From: the human T2T-CHM13v2.0 reference genome, Homo sapiens
Length of the DNA: 64,000 nt
Strand: one strand, 5' to 3'
Assembly: GCF_009914755.1 (NCBI RefSeq)
Contig: NC_060936.1
Below are positions 1 to 13,566 of the stretch, piece after piece. How positions within the stretch are numbered: the first letter of the stretch is position 1; every line of letters begins with the position of its first letter. A program made the position numbers and the translations under genes. The notes beneath the pieces were generated by a model, which worked only from the letters and a program-made list of their open reading frames with translations, did no database searches and was not told the DNA's origin.

Positions 1-603
1 ACCATCAAAAGAAAGGTTAAACTCTGTGAGCTGAACACACACATCACAAAGTAGTTTCTGTGAATGATTCTGTCTAGTTTTTATACGAAGATGTTTCCTT
101 TTCTACCTTTGGTCTCAAAGCGATTAAAATCTCCACATGGAAACTCCACAAAAAGAGTGTTTGAAATCTGCTCTTTCTGAAGGAAGGTTCAACTCTGTGA
201 GTTGAATAGACACACCACAAATAACTTACTGAGAATTCTTCTGTGTAACATTATATGAGGAAATCCCGTTTCCAATGAAGGCCTCAAAGAGGTCCAAATA
301 TCCACTTGCAGACTTAACAAAGACAGTGTCTCCAAACTCCTCCATCAAAAGAAAGGTTATACTTTGTGAATTGAACGCACACATCACAAAGTAGTTTCTG
401 AGAATGATTCTGTCTAGTTTTTATACGAAGATATTTCCTTTTCTACATTTGGCCAAAAAGCGCTTGAAATCTCCACCTGCAAATATCACAAAAAGAGGGT
501 TTCACATCTGCTCTGTCTAAAGGACAGTTCACCTCTGTGAGTTGAATAGAGGCAACACAAAGAAATTACTGAGTATTCTTCTTTCTAGCGTTACATGAAG
601 AAA

Positions 604-620
604 TCCCGTTTCCAACGAAG
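604..620 (-). promoter_or_regulatory. CENP-B box (first intact example; the site recurs every ~340 bp throughout)
   Basis: The minus strand reads CTTCGTTGGAAACGGGA, an exact match to the 17-bp YTTCGTTGGAARCGGGA consensus. It is present in every second monomer, and a minority of copies are mutated. Confidence 0.97.
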
Positions 621-1114
621 GCCTCAAAGAGTTCCAAATATCTGCTTGCAGACTTTACAGACAGAGTGTTTCCAAACTACTCTATGAAAAGAGAGCTTAA
701 ACTCCGTGAGTTGAACGCACACATCACAAAGTAGTTTCTGACAATGATTCTGTCTTGTATTTATACGAAGATATTTCTGTTTCTACGATTGGCCTCAAAG
801 CGATTGAAATCTCCTACTGGAAACTGCACAAATAGGGTGTTTCAAATCTGCTCTGTCTAAAGGAAGGTTCAACTCTGTGGGTTGAATACACACACCACAA
901 ATAAGTTACTGAGAATTCTTCTCTCGAACTTTACATGAAGAAATCCCGTTTCCAACGAAGGCCTCAAAGAGGTCCAAATATCCACTTGCCGACATGGCAA
1001 ACACAGTGTTTGCAAACTGCTCCATCAAAAGAAAGGTTAACCTCTGTGAGATGAACACACACATCAAAAAGAAGTTTCTGTGAATGATTCTGTCTAGATT
1101 TTATAAGAAGATGT

Positions 1115-1131
1115 TTCCTTTTCTACCATAG
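1115..1131 (+). promoter_or_regulatory. pJalpha-like (A-box) motif, representative; occupies the monomers lacking a CENP-B box
   Basis: TTCCTTTTCTACCATAG differs at one position from TTCCTTTTYCACCRTAG. More degenerate versions occur in d1-d3 at the position homologous to the CENP-B box. Confidence 0.7.
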
Positions 1132-4100
1132 GCCTCAAAGCACTAGAAATCTCCAGCTGCAAATTCCACAAAAAGTGTGTTTAACATCCGCTCTGTCTAA
1201 AGTAAAGTTCAGCTCTGTGAGTTGAATACACACAGCACAAAGAAGTTACTGAGACTTCTTCTGTCTAACATTATATGAGGAAATCCCTTTTCCAACGAAG
1301 GCCTCAAAGAGGTCCAAATATCCACTTGCAGACTTGTCAAACGGAGTGTTTCCAAACTGCACCATCAAAAGAAAGGTTAAACTCTGTGAGCTGAACACAC
1401 ACATCACAAAGTAGTTTCTGTGAATGATTCTGTCTAGTTTTTATACGAAGATGTATCCTTTTCTACCTTTGGTCTCAAAGCGATTGAAATCTCCACATGG
1501 AAACTCCACAAAAAGAGTGTTTCAAATCTGCTCTTTCTGAAGGAAGGTTCAACTCTGTGAGTTGAATACACACACCACAAATAAGTTACTGAGAATTCTC
1601 CTGTGTAACATTATATGAGGAAATCCCGTTTCCAACAAAGGCCTCAAAGAGGTCCAAATATCCACTTGCAGATTTTACAAAGACAGTGTCTCCAAACTCC
1701 TCCATCAAAAGAAAGGTTATACTCTGTGAATTGAACGCACACATCACAAAGTAGTTTCTGAGAATGATTCTGTCTACTTTTTATACGAAGATATTTCCTT
1801 TTCTACATTTGGCCTAAAAGCGCTTGAAATCTCCACCTGCAAATATCACAAAAAGAGGGTTTCACATCTGCTCTGTCTAAAGGACAGTTCACCTCTGTGA
1901 GTTGAATAGAGACAACACAAAGAAGTTACTGAGTATTCTTCTTTCTAGCGTTATATGAAGAAATCCCGTTTCCAACGAAGGCCTCAAAGAGGTCCAAATA
2001 TCTGCTTGCAGACTTTACAGATAGAGTGTTTCCAAACTACTCTATGAAAAGAGAGCTTAAACTCCTTGATTTGAACGCACACATCACAAAGTAGTTTCTG
2101 AGAATGATTCTGTCTTGTATTTATACGAAGATATTTCCGTTTCTACGATTGGCGTCAAAGCGATTGAAATCTCCAACTGGAAACTGCACAAATAGGGTGT
2201 TTCAAATCTGCTCTGCTAAAGGAAGGTTCAACTCTGTGAGTTGAATACACACACCACAAATAAGTTACTGAGAATTCTTCTGTCGAACATTACATGAAGA
2301 AATCCCGTTTCCAACGAAGGCCTCAAAGAGGTCCAAATATCCAGTTGCTGACAATGCAAACACATTTTTTCCAAACTGCTCCGTCAAAAGAAAGGTTAAA
2401 CTCTGTGAGATGAACACACACATCAAAAAGAAGTTTCTGTGAATGATTCTGTCTGGATTTTATAAGAAGATGTTTCCTTTTCTACCATAGGCCTCAAAGC
2501 GCTAGAAATCTCCAGCTGCAAATTCCACAAAATTGTGTTTAACATCCGCTCTGTCTAAAGTAATGTTCAGCTCTGTGAGTTGAATACACACAGCAAAAAG
2601 AAGTTACTGAGACTTCTTCTGTCTAACATTATATGAAGAACTCCCTTTTCCAACGAAGGCCTCAAAGAGGTCCAAATATCCACTTGCAGACTTGTCAAAC
2701 GGAGTTTTTCCAAACTGCACCATCAAAAGAAATGTTAAACTCTGTGAGCTGAACACACACATCACAAAGTAGTTTCTGTGAATGATTCTGTCTAGTTTTT
2801 ATTTGAAGATGTTTCCTTTTCTACCTTTGGTCTCAATGCGATTGAAATCTCCACATGGAAACTCCACTAAAAGAGTGTTTCAAATCTGCTCTTTCTGAAG
2901 GAAGGTTCAACTCTGTGAGTTGAATACACACACCACAAATAAGTTACTGAGAATTCTTCTGTGTAACATTATATGAGGAAATCCCGTTTCCAATGAAGGC
3001 CTCAAAGAGGTCCAAATATCCACTTGCAGACTTTACAAAGACAGTGTCTCCAAACTCCTCCATCAAAAGAAAGGTTATACTCTGTGAATTGAACGCACAC
3101 ATCACAAAGTAGTTTCTGAGAATGATTCTGTCTAGTTTTTCTACGAAGATATTTCCTTTTCCACATTTGGCCTAAAAGCGCTTGAAATCTCCACCTGCAA
3201 ATATCACAAAAAGAGGGTTTCACATCTGCTCTGTCTAAAGGACAGTTCACCTCTGTGAGTTGAATAGAGGCAACACAAGGAAGTTACTGAGTATTCTTCT
3301 TTCTAGCGTTATATGAAGAAATCCCGTTTCCAACGAAGGCCTCAAAGAGGTCCAAATATCTGCTTGCAGACTTTACAGACAGAGTGTTTCCAAACTACTC
3401 TATGAAAAGAAAGCTTAAACTCCGTGAGTTGAACGCACACATCGCAAAGTAGTTTCTGAGAATGATTCTGTCTTGTATTTATACGAAGATATTTCCGTTT
3501 CTACGATTGGCCTCAAAGCGATTGAAATCTCCAACTGGAAACAGCACAAATAGGGTGTTTCAAATCTGCTCTGTCTAAAGGAAGGTTCAACTCTGTGAGT
3601 TGAATACACACACCACAAATAAGTTACTGAGAATTCTTCTGGCGAACATTACATGAAGAAATCCCGTTTCCAACGAAGGCCTGAAAGAGGTCCAAATATC
3701 CAGTTGCCGACAATGCAAACACAGTTTTTCCAAACTGCTCCGTCAAAAGAAAGATTAAACTCTGTGAGATGAACACACACATCAAAAAGAAGTTTCTGTG
3801 AATGATTCTGTCTAGATTTTATAAGAAGATGTTTCCTTTTCTACCATAGGCCTCAAAGCGCTAGAAATCTCCAGCTGTAAATTCAACAAAAAGTGTGTTT
3901 AACATCCGCTCTGTCTAAAGTAAAGTTCAGCTCTGTGAGTTGAATACACACAGCACAAAGAAGTTAGTGAGACTTCTTCTGTCTAACATTATATGAAGAA
4001 ATCCCGTTTCCAACGAAGGCCTTAAAAAGGGCCATATATCCACTTGCAGACTTGTCAAACGGAGTGTTTCAGAACTGCACCATCAAAAGAAAGGTTAAAC

Positions 4101-6929
4101 TCTGTGAGCTGAACACACACATCACAAAGTAGTTTCTGTGAATGATTCTGTCTAGTTTTTATACGAAGATGTTTCCTTTTCTACCTTTGGTCTCAAAGCG
4201 ATTGAAATCTCCACATGGAAACTCCACAAAAAGAGTGTTTCAAATCTGCTCTTTCTGAAGGAAGGTTCAACTCTGTGAGTTGAATACACACACCACAAAT
4301 AAGTTACTGAGAATTCTTCTGTGTAACATTATATGAGGAAATCCCGTTTCCAACGAAGGCCTCAAAAAGGTCCAAATATCCACTTGCAGACTTTACAAAG
4401 ACAGTGTCTCCAAACTCCTCCATCAAAAGAAAGGTTATACTCTGTGAATTGAACGCACACATCAAAAGTAGTTTCTGAGAATGATTCTGTCTAGTTTTTC
4501 TACGAAGATATTTCCTTTTCCACATTTGACCTAAAAGCGCTTGAAATCTCCACCTGGAAATATCACAAAAAGAGGGTTTCACTTCTGCTCTGTCTAAAGG
4601 ACAGTTCACCTCTGTGATTTGAATAGAGGCAACTCAAGGAAGTTACTGAGTATTCTTCTTTCTAGCGTTATATGAAGAAATCCCTTTTCCAATGAAGGCC
4701 TCAAAGAGGTCCAAATATCTGCTTGCAGACTTTACAGACAGAGTGTTTCCAAACTACTCTATGAAAAGAAAGCTTAAACTCCGTGAGTTGAATGCACACA
4801 TCACAAAGTAGTTTCTGAGAATGATTCTGTCTTGTATTTATACGAAGATATTTCCGTTTCTACGATTGACCTCAAAGCGATTGAAATCTCCAACTGGAAA
4901 CAGCACAAATAGGGTGTTTCAAATCTGCTCTGTCTAAAGGAAGGTTCAACTCTGTGAGTTGAATACACACACCACAAATAAGTTACTGAGAATTCTTCTC
5001 TCGAACATTACATGAAGAAACCCCGTTTCCAACGAAGGCCTCAAAGAGGTCCAAATATCCAGTTGCCGACAATGCAAACACAGATTTTCCAAACTGCTCC
5101 GTCAAAAGAAAGGTTAAACTCTGTGAGATGAACACACACATCAAAAAGAAGTTTTTGTGAATGATTCTGTCTAGATTTTATAAGAAGATGTTTCCTTTTC
5201 TACCATAGGCCTCAAAGCGCTAGAAATCTCCAGCTGCAAATTCCACAAAAAGTGTGTTTAACATCCGCTCTGTCTAATTTAAAGTTCAGCTCTGTGAGTT
5301 GAATACACACAGCACAAAGAAGTTACTGAGAATTCTTCTGTCTAACATTATATGAAGAAATCCCGTTTCCAACGAAGGCCTCAAAGAGGTCCAAATATCC
5401 ACTTGCAGACTTGTCAAACGGAGTGTTTCCAAACTGCACCATCAAAAGAAAGGTTAAACTCTGTGAGCTGAACACACACATCACAAAGTAGTTTCTGTGA
5501 ATGATTCTGTCTAGTTTTTATACGAAGATGTTTCCTTTTCTACCTTTGGTCTCAAAGCGATTGAAATCTCCACATGGAAACTCCACTAAAAGAGTGTTTG
5601 AAATCTGCTCTTTCTGAAGGAAGGTTCAACTCTGTGAGTTGAATACACACACCACAAATAAGTTACTGAGAATTCTTCTGTGTAACATTATATGAGGAAA
5701 TCCCGTTTCCAACGAAGGCCTCAAAGAGGTCCAAATATCCACTTGCAGACTTTACAAAGACAGTGTCTCCAAACTCCTCCATCAAAAGAAAGGTTATACT
5801 CTGTGAATTGAACGCACACATCACAAAGTAGTTTCTGAGAATGATTCTGTCTACTTTTTATAAGAAGATATTTCCTTTTCCACATTTGGCCTAAAAGCGC
5901 TTGAAATCTCCACCTGCAAATATCACAAAAAGAGGGTTTCACATCTGCTCTGTCTAAAGGACAGTTCACCTCTGTGAGTTGAATAGAGGCAACACAAAGA
6001 ACTTACTCAGTATTCTTCTTTCTAGTGTTATATGACGAAATCCCGTTTCCAACGAAGGCCTCAAAGAGGTCCAAATATCTGCTTGCAGACTTTACAGACA
6101 GAGTGTTTCCAAACTACTCTATGAAAAGAAAGCTTAAACTCCGTGAGTTGAACGCACACATCACAAAGTAGTTTCTGAGAATGATTCTGTCTTGTTTTTA
6201 TACGAAGATATTTCCGTTTCTACGATTGGCCTCAAAGCGATTGAAATCTCCAAGTGGAAACTGCACAAATAGGGTGTTTCAAATCTGCTCTGTCTAAAGG
6301 AAGGTTCAACTCTGTGAGTTGAATACACACACCACAAATAAGTTACTGAGAATTCTTCTCTCGAACATTACATGAAGAAATCCCGTTTCCAACGAAGGCC
6401 TCAAAGAGGTCCAAATATCCAGTTGCCGACAATGCAAACACAGTTTTTCCAAACTGCTCCGTCAAAAGAAAGGTTAAACACTGTGAGATGAACACACACA
6501 TCAAAAAGAAGTTTCTGTGAATGACTCTGTCTGGATTTTATAAGAAGATGTTTCCTTTTCTACCATAGGCCTCAAAGCGCTAGAAATCTCCAGCTGCAAA
6601 TTCCACAAAAAGTGTGTTTAACATCCGCTCTGTCTAAAGTAAAGTTCAGCTCTGTGAGTTGAATACACACAGCACAAAGAAGTTACTGAGACTTCTTCTG
6701 TCTAACATTATATGAAGAAATCCCTTTTCCAACGAAGGCCTCAAAGAGGTCCAAATATCCACTTGCAGACTTGTCAAACGGAGTTTTTCCAAACTGCACC
6801 ATCAAAAGAAATGTTAAACTCTGTGAGCTGAACACACACATCACAAAGTAGTTTCTGTGAATGATTCTGTCTAGTTTTTATTTGAAGATGTTTCCTTTTC
6901 TACCTTTGGTCTCAATGCGATTGAAATCT

Positions 6930-7612
6930 CCACATGGAAACTCCACAAAAAGAGAGTTTCAAATCTGCTCTTTCTGAAGGAAGGTTCAACTCTGTGAGTT
7001 GAATACACACACCACAAATAAGTTACTGAGAATTCTTCTGTGTAACATTATATGAGGAAATCCCGTTTCCAACGAAGGCCTCAAAGAGGTCCAAATATCC
7101 ACTTGCAGACTTTACAAAGACAGTGTCTCCAAACTCCTCCATCAAAAGAAAGGTTATACTCTGTGAATTGAACGCACACATCACAAAGTAGTTTCTGAGA
7201 ATGATTCTGTCTAGTTTTTCTACGAAGATATGTCCTTTTCCACATTTGGCCTAAAAGCGCTTGAAATCTCCACCTGCAAATATCACAAAAAGAGGGTTTC
7301 ACATCTGCTCTGTCTAAAGGACAGTTCACCTCTGTGAGTTGAATAGAGGCAACACAAAGAAGTTACTGAGTATTCTTATTTCTAGCGTTATATGAAGAAA
7401 TCCCATTTCCAACGAAGGCCTCAAACAGGTCCAAATATCTGCTTGCAGACTTTACAGACAGAGTGTTTCCAAACTACTCTATGAAAAGAAAGCTTAAACT
7501 CCGTGAGTTGAACGCACACATCACACAGTAGTTTCTGAGAATGATTCTGTCTTGTTTTTATACGAAGATATTTCCGTTTCTACGATTGGCCTCAAAGCGA
7601 TTGAAATCTCCA
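6930..7612 (-). repeat. 4-mer HOR variant (d3/d1 hybrid monomer, 680 bp skipped); second copy at ~36,143-36,825
   Basis: d3-type TTCCGTTTCTACGATTGGCC is joined to d1-type CCACGTGGAAACTCCACAAAAAGAG; the crossover lies within ~7,592-7,612. Confidence 0.88.
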
Positions 7613-10600
7613 CGTGGAAACTCCACAAAAAGAGTGTTTCAAATCTGCTCTTTCTGAAGGAAGGTTCAACTCTGTGAGTTGAATACACACACCACAAATA
7701 AGTTACTGAGAATTCTTCTGTGTAACATTATATGAGGAAATCCCGTTTCCAACGAAGGCCTCAAAGAGGTCCAAATATCCACTTGCAGACTTTATAAGAC
7801 AGTGTCTCCAAACTCCTCCATCAAAAGAAAGGTTATACTCTGTGAATTGAACGCAGACATCACAAAGTAGTTTCTGAGAATGATTCTGTCTACTTTTTAT
7901 AAGAAGATATTTCCTTTTCTACATTTGGCCTAAAAGCGCTTGAAATCTCCACCTGCAAATATCACAAAAAGAGGGTTTCACATCTGCTCTGTCTAAAGGA
8001 CAGTTCACCTCTGTGAGTTGAATAGAGGCAACACAAGGAAGTTACTGAGTATTCTTCTTTCTAGCGTTATATGAAGAAATCCCGTTTCCAACGAAGGCCT
8101 CAAAGAGGTCCAAATATCTGCTTGCAGACTTTACAGACAGAGTGTTTCCAAACTACTCTATGAAAAGAAAGCTTAAACTCCGTGAGTTGAACGCACACAT
8201 CACAAAGTAGTTTCTGAGAATGATTCTGTCTTGTATTTATACGAAGATATTTCCGTTTCTACGATTGGCCTCAAAGCGATTGAAATCTCCAACTGGAAAC
8301 TGCACAAATAGGGTGTTTCAAATCTGCTCTGTCTAAAGGAAGGTTCAACTCTGTGAGTTGAATACACACACCACAAATAAGTTACTGAGAATTCTTCTCT
8401 CGAACATTACATGAAGAAATCCCGTTTCCAACGAAGGCCTGAAAGAGGTCCAAATATCCAGTTCCCGACAATGCAAACACAGTGTTTGCAAACTGCTCCG
8501 TCAAAAGAAAGGTTAAACTCTGTGAGATGAACACACACATCAGAAAGAAGTTTCTGTGAATGATTCTGTCTAGATTTTATAAGAAGATGTTTCCTTTTCT
8601 ACCATAGGCCTCAAAGTGCTAGAAATCTCCAGCTGCAAATTCCACAAAAAGTGTGTTTAACATCTGCTCTGTCTAAAGTAAAGTTCAGCTCTGTGAGTTG
8701 AATACACACAGCACAAAGAAGTTACTGAGACTTCTTCTGTCTAACATTATATGAAGAAATCCCGTTTCCAACGAAGGCCTCAAAGAGGTCCAAATATCCA
8801 CTTGCAGACTTGTCAAACAGAGTGTTTCCAAACTGCACCATCAAAAGAAAGGTTAAACTCTGTGAGCTGAACACACACATCACAAAGTAGTTTCTGTGAA
8901 TGATTCTGTCTAGTTTTTATAGGAAGATGTCTCCTTTTCTACCTTTGGTCTCAAAGCCATTGAAATCTCCACATGGAAACTCCACAAAAAGAGTGTTTCA
9001 AATCTGCTCTTTTGAAGGAAGGTTCAACTCTGTGAGTTGAATACACACACCACAAATAAGTTACTGAGAATTCTTCTGTGTAACATTATATGAGGAAATC
9101 CCGTTTCCAACGAAGGCCTCAAAGAGGTCCAAATATCCACTTGCAGACTTTACAAAGACAGTGTCTCCAAACTCCTCCATCAAAAGAAAGGTTATACTCT
9201 GTGAATTGAACGCACACATCACAAAGTAGTTTCTGAGAATGATTCTGTCTAGTTTTTCTACGAAGATATTTCCTTTTCCACATTTGGCCTAAAAGCGCTT
9301 GAAATCTCCACCTGCAAATATCACAAAAAGAGGGTTTCACATCTGCTCTGTCTAAAGGACAGTTCACCTCTGTGAGTTGAATAGAGGCAACACAAAGAAG
9401 TTACTGAGTATTCTTCTTTCTAGCGTTATATGAAGAAATCCCTTTTCCAACGAAGGCCTCAAAGAGGTCCAAATATCTGCTTGCAGACTTTACAGACAGA
9501 GTGTTTCCAAACTACTCTATGAAAAGAAAGCTTAAACTCCGTGAGTTGAACGCACACATCACAAAGTAGTTTCTGAGAATGATTCTGTCTTGTTTTTATA
9601 CGAAGATATTTCCGTTTCTACGATTGGCCTCAAAGCGATTGAAATCTCCAACTAGAAACTGCAAAAATAGGGTGTTTCAAATCTGCTCTGTCTAAAGGAA
9701 GGTTCAAATCTGTGAGTTGAATACACACACCACAAATAAGTTACTGAGAATTCTTCTGTCGAACATTACATGAAGAAATCCCGTTTCCAACGAAGGCCTC
9801 AAAGAGGTCCAAATATCCACTTGCCGACATGGCAAACACAGTGTTTGCAAACTGCTCCATCAAAAGAAAGGTTAAACTCTGTGAGATAAACACACACATC
9901 AAAAAGAAGTTTCTGTGAATGATTCTGTCTAGATTTTATAAGAAGATGTTTCCTTTTCTACCATAGGCCTCAAAGCGCTAGAAATCTCCAGCTGCAAATT
10001 CCACAAAAAGTGTGTTTAACATCTGCTCTGTCTAAAGTAAAGTTCAGCTCTGTGAGTTGAATACACACAGCACAAAGAAGTTACTGAGACTTCTTCTGTC
10101 TAACATTATATGAAGAAATCCCGTTTCCAACGAAGGCCTCAAAGAGGTCCAAATATCCACTTGCAGACTTGTCAGAGTGTTTCCAAACTGCACCATCAAA
10201 AGAAAGGTTAAACTCTGTGAGCTGAACACACACATCACAAAGTAGTTTCTGTGAATGATTCTGTCTCGTTTTTATACGAAGATGTTTCCTTTTCTACCTT
10301 TGGTCTCAAAGCGATTGAAATCTCCACATGGAAACTCCACAAAAAGAGTGTTTCAAATCTGCTCTTTCTGAAGGAAGGTTCAACTCTGTGAGTTGAATAC
10401 ACACACCACAAATAAGTTACTGAGAATTCTTCTGTGTAACATTATATGAGGAAATCCCGTTTCCAACGAAGGCCTCAAAGAGGTCCAAATATCCACTTGC
10501 AGACTTTACAAAGACAGTGTCTCCAAACTCCTCCATCAAAAGAAAGGTTATACTCTGTGAATTGAACGCACACATCACAAAGTAGTTTCTGAGAATGATT

Positions 10601-13566
10601 CTGTCTAGTTTTTATACGAAGAGATTTCCTTTTCTACATTTGGCCTAAAAGCGCTTGAATCTCCACCTGCAAATATCACAAAAAGAGGGTTTCACATCTG
10701 CTCTGTCTAAAGGACAGTTCAACTCTGTGAGTTGAATAGAGGGAACACAATGAAGTTACTGAGTATTCTTCTTTCTAGCGTTATATGAAGAAATCCCGTT
10801 TCCAACGAATGCCTCAAAGAGGTCCAAATATCTGCTTGCAGACTTTACAGACAGAGTGTTTCCAAACTACTCTAAGAAATGAAAGCTTAAACTCCGTGAG
10901 TTGAACGCACACATCACAAAGTAGTTTCTGAGAATGATTCTGTCTTGTATTTATACGAAGATATTTCCGTTTCTACGATTGGCCTCAAAGCGATTGAAAT
11001 CTCCAACTGGAAACTGCACAAATAGGGTGTTTCAAATCTGCTCTGTCTAAAGGAAGGTTCAACTCTGTGAGTTGAATACACACACCACAAATAAGTTACT
11101 GAGAATTCTTCTCTCGAACATTACATGAAGAAATCCCGTTTCCAACGAAGGCCTGAAAGAGGTCCAAATATCCAGTTGCCGACAATGCAAACACAGTGTT
11201 TGCAAACTGCTCCGTCAAAAGAAAGGTTAATCTCTGTGAGATGAACACACACATCAGAAAGAAGTTTCTGTGAATGATTCTGTCTAGATTTTATAAGAAG
11301 ATGTTTCCTTTTCTACCATAGGCCTCAAAGCGCTAGAAATCTCCAGCTGCAAATTCCACGAAAAGTGTGTTTAACATCTGCTCTGTCTAAAGTAAAGTTC
11401 AGCTCTGTGAGTTGAATACACACAGCACAAAGAAGTTACTGAGACTTCTTCTGTCTAACATTATATGAAGAAATCCCGTTTCCAACGAAGGCCTCAAAGA
11501 GGTCCAAATATCCACTTGCAGACTTGTCAAACAGAGTGTTTCCAAACTGCACCATCAAAAGAAAGGTTAAACTCTGTGAGCTGAACACACACATCACAGA
11601 GTAGTTTCTGTGAATGATTCTGTCTAGTTTTTATAGGAAGATGTCTCCTTTTCTACCTTTGGTCTCAAAGCCATTGAAATCTCCACATGGAAACTCCACA
11701 AAAAGAGTGTTTCAAATCTGCTCTTTCTGAAGGAAGGTTCAACTCTGTGAGTTGAATACACACACCACAAATAAGTTACTGAGAATTCTTCTGTGTAACA
11801 TTATATGAGGAAATCCCGTTTCCAACGAAGGCCTCAAAGAGGTCCAAATATCCACTTGCAGACTTTACAAAGACAGTGTCTCCAAACTCCTCCATCAATA
11901 GAAAGGTTATACTCTGTGAATTGAACGCACACATCACAAAGTAGTTTCTGAGAATGATTCTGTCTAGTTTTTATACGAAGATATTTCCTTTTCTACATTT
12001 GGCCTAAAAGCGCTTGAAATCTCCACCTGCAAATATCACAAAAAGAGGGTTTCACATCTGCTCTGTCTAAAGGACAGTTCACCTCTGTGAGTTGAATAGA
12101 GGCAACACAAAGAAGTTACTGAGTATTCTTCTTTCTAGCGTTATATGAAGAAATCCCTTTTCCAACGAAGGGCTCAAATAGGTCCAAATATCTGCTTGCA
12201 GACTTTACAGACAGAGTGTTTCCAAACTACTCTATGAAAAGAAAGCTTAAACTCCGTGAGTTGAACGCACACATCACAAAGTAGTTTCTGAGAATGATTC
12301 TGTCTTGTTTTTATACGAAGATATTTCCGTTTCTACGATTGGCCTCAAAGCGATTCAAATCTCCAACTGGAAACTGCACAAATAGGGTGTTTCAAATCTG
12401 CTCTGTCTAAAGGAAGGTTCCACTCTGTGAGTTGAATACACACACCACAAATAAGTTACTGAGAATTCTTCTGTCGAACATTACATGAAGAAATCCCGTT
12501 TCCAACGAAGGCCTGAAAGAGATCCAAATATCCACTTGCCGACATGGCAAACACAGTGTTTGCAAACTGCTCCATCAAAAGAAAGGTTAAAGTCTGTGAG
12601 ATAAACACACACATCAAAAAGAAGTTTCTGTGAATGATTCTGTCTAGATTTTATAAGATGTTTCCTTTTCTACCATAGGCCTCAAAGCGCTAGAAATCTC
12701 CAGCTGCAAATTCCACAAAAAGTGTGTTTAACATCTGCTCTGTCTAAAGTAAAGTTCAGCTCTGTGAGTTGAATACACACAGCACAAAGAAGTTACTGAG
12801 ACTTCTTCTGTCTAACATTATATGAAGAAATCCCGTTTCCAACGAAGGCCTCAAAGAGGTCCAAATATCCACTTGCAGACTTGTCAAACAGAGTGTTTCC
12901 AGACTGCACCATCAAAAGAAAGGTTAAACTCTGTGAGCTGAACACGCACATCACAAAGTAGTTTCTGTGAATGATTCTGTCTAGTTTTTATAGGAAGATG
13001 TCTCCTTTTCTACCTTTGGTCTCAAAGCCATTGAAATCTCCACATGGAAACTCCACAAAAAGAGTGTTTCAAATCTGCTCTTTCTGAAGGAAGGTTCAAC
13101 TCTGTGAGTTGAATACACACACCACAAATAAGTTACTGAGAATTCTTCTGTGTAACATTATATGAGGAAATCCCGTTTCCAACGAAGGCCTCAAAGAGGT
13201 CCAAATATCCACTTGCAGACTTTACAAAGACAGTGTCTCCAAACTCCTCCATCAAAAGAAAGGTTATACTCTGTGAATTGAACGCACACATCACAAAGTA
13301 GTTTCTGAGAATGATTCTGTCTACTTTTTATACGAAGATATTTCCTTTTCTACATTTGGCCTAAAAGAGCTTGAAATCTCCACCTGCAAATATCACAAAA
13401 AGAGGGTTTCACATCTGCTCTGTCTAAAGGACAGTTCACCTCTGTGAGTTGAATAGAGGCAACACAATGAAGTTACTGAGTATTCTTCTTTCTAGCGTTA
13501 TATGAAGAAATCCCATTTCCAACGAAGGCCTCAAAGAGGTCCAAATATCTGCTTGCAGACTTTACA

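Larger units (their letters stand above)
1..13566 (-). repeat. HOR type A block, copy 1 (truncated by window start)
   Basis: Diagnostic words: GCGCTAGAAATCTCCAGC, TCTGTCTAAAGTAAAGTTCAGC, GCCGACA(TG/AT)GCAAACAC, GACTTGTCAAAC, AACTCCGTGAG, TACGATTGG. Period ~1,360 bp. Confidence 0.9.

Noticed and set aside
35-43. Short (AC)n runs and 6-bp palindromes (AGGCCT, AGCGCT, GAATTC, TCTAGA)
   Set aside because: They are fixed parts of the alphoid monomer, not independent microsatellites, terminators or regulatory hairpins.
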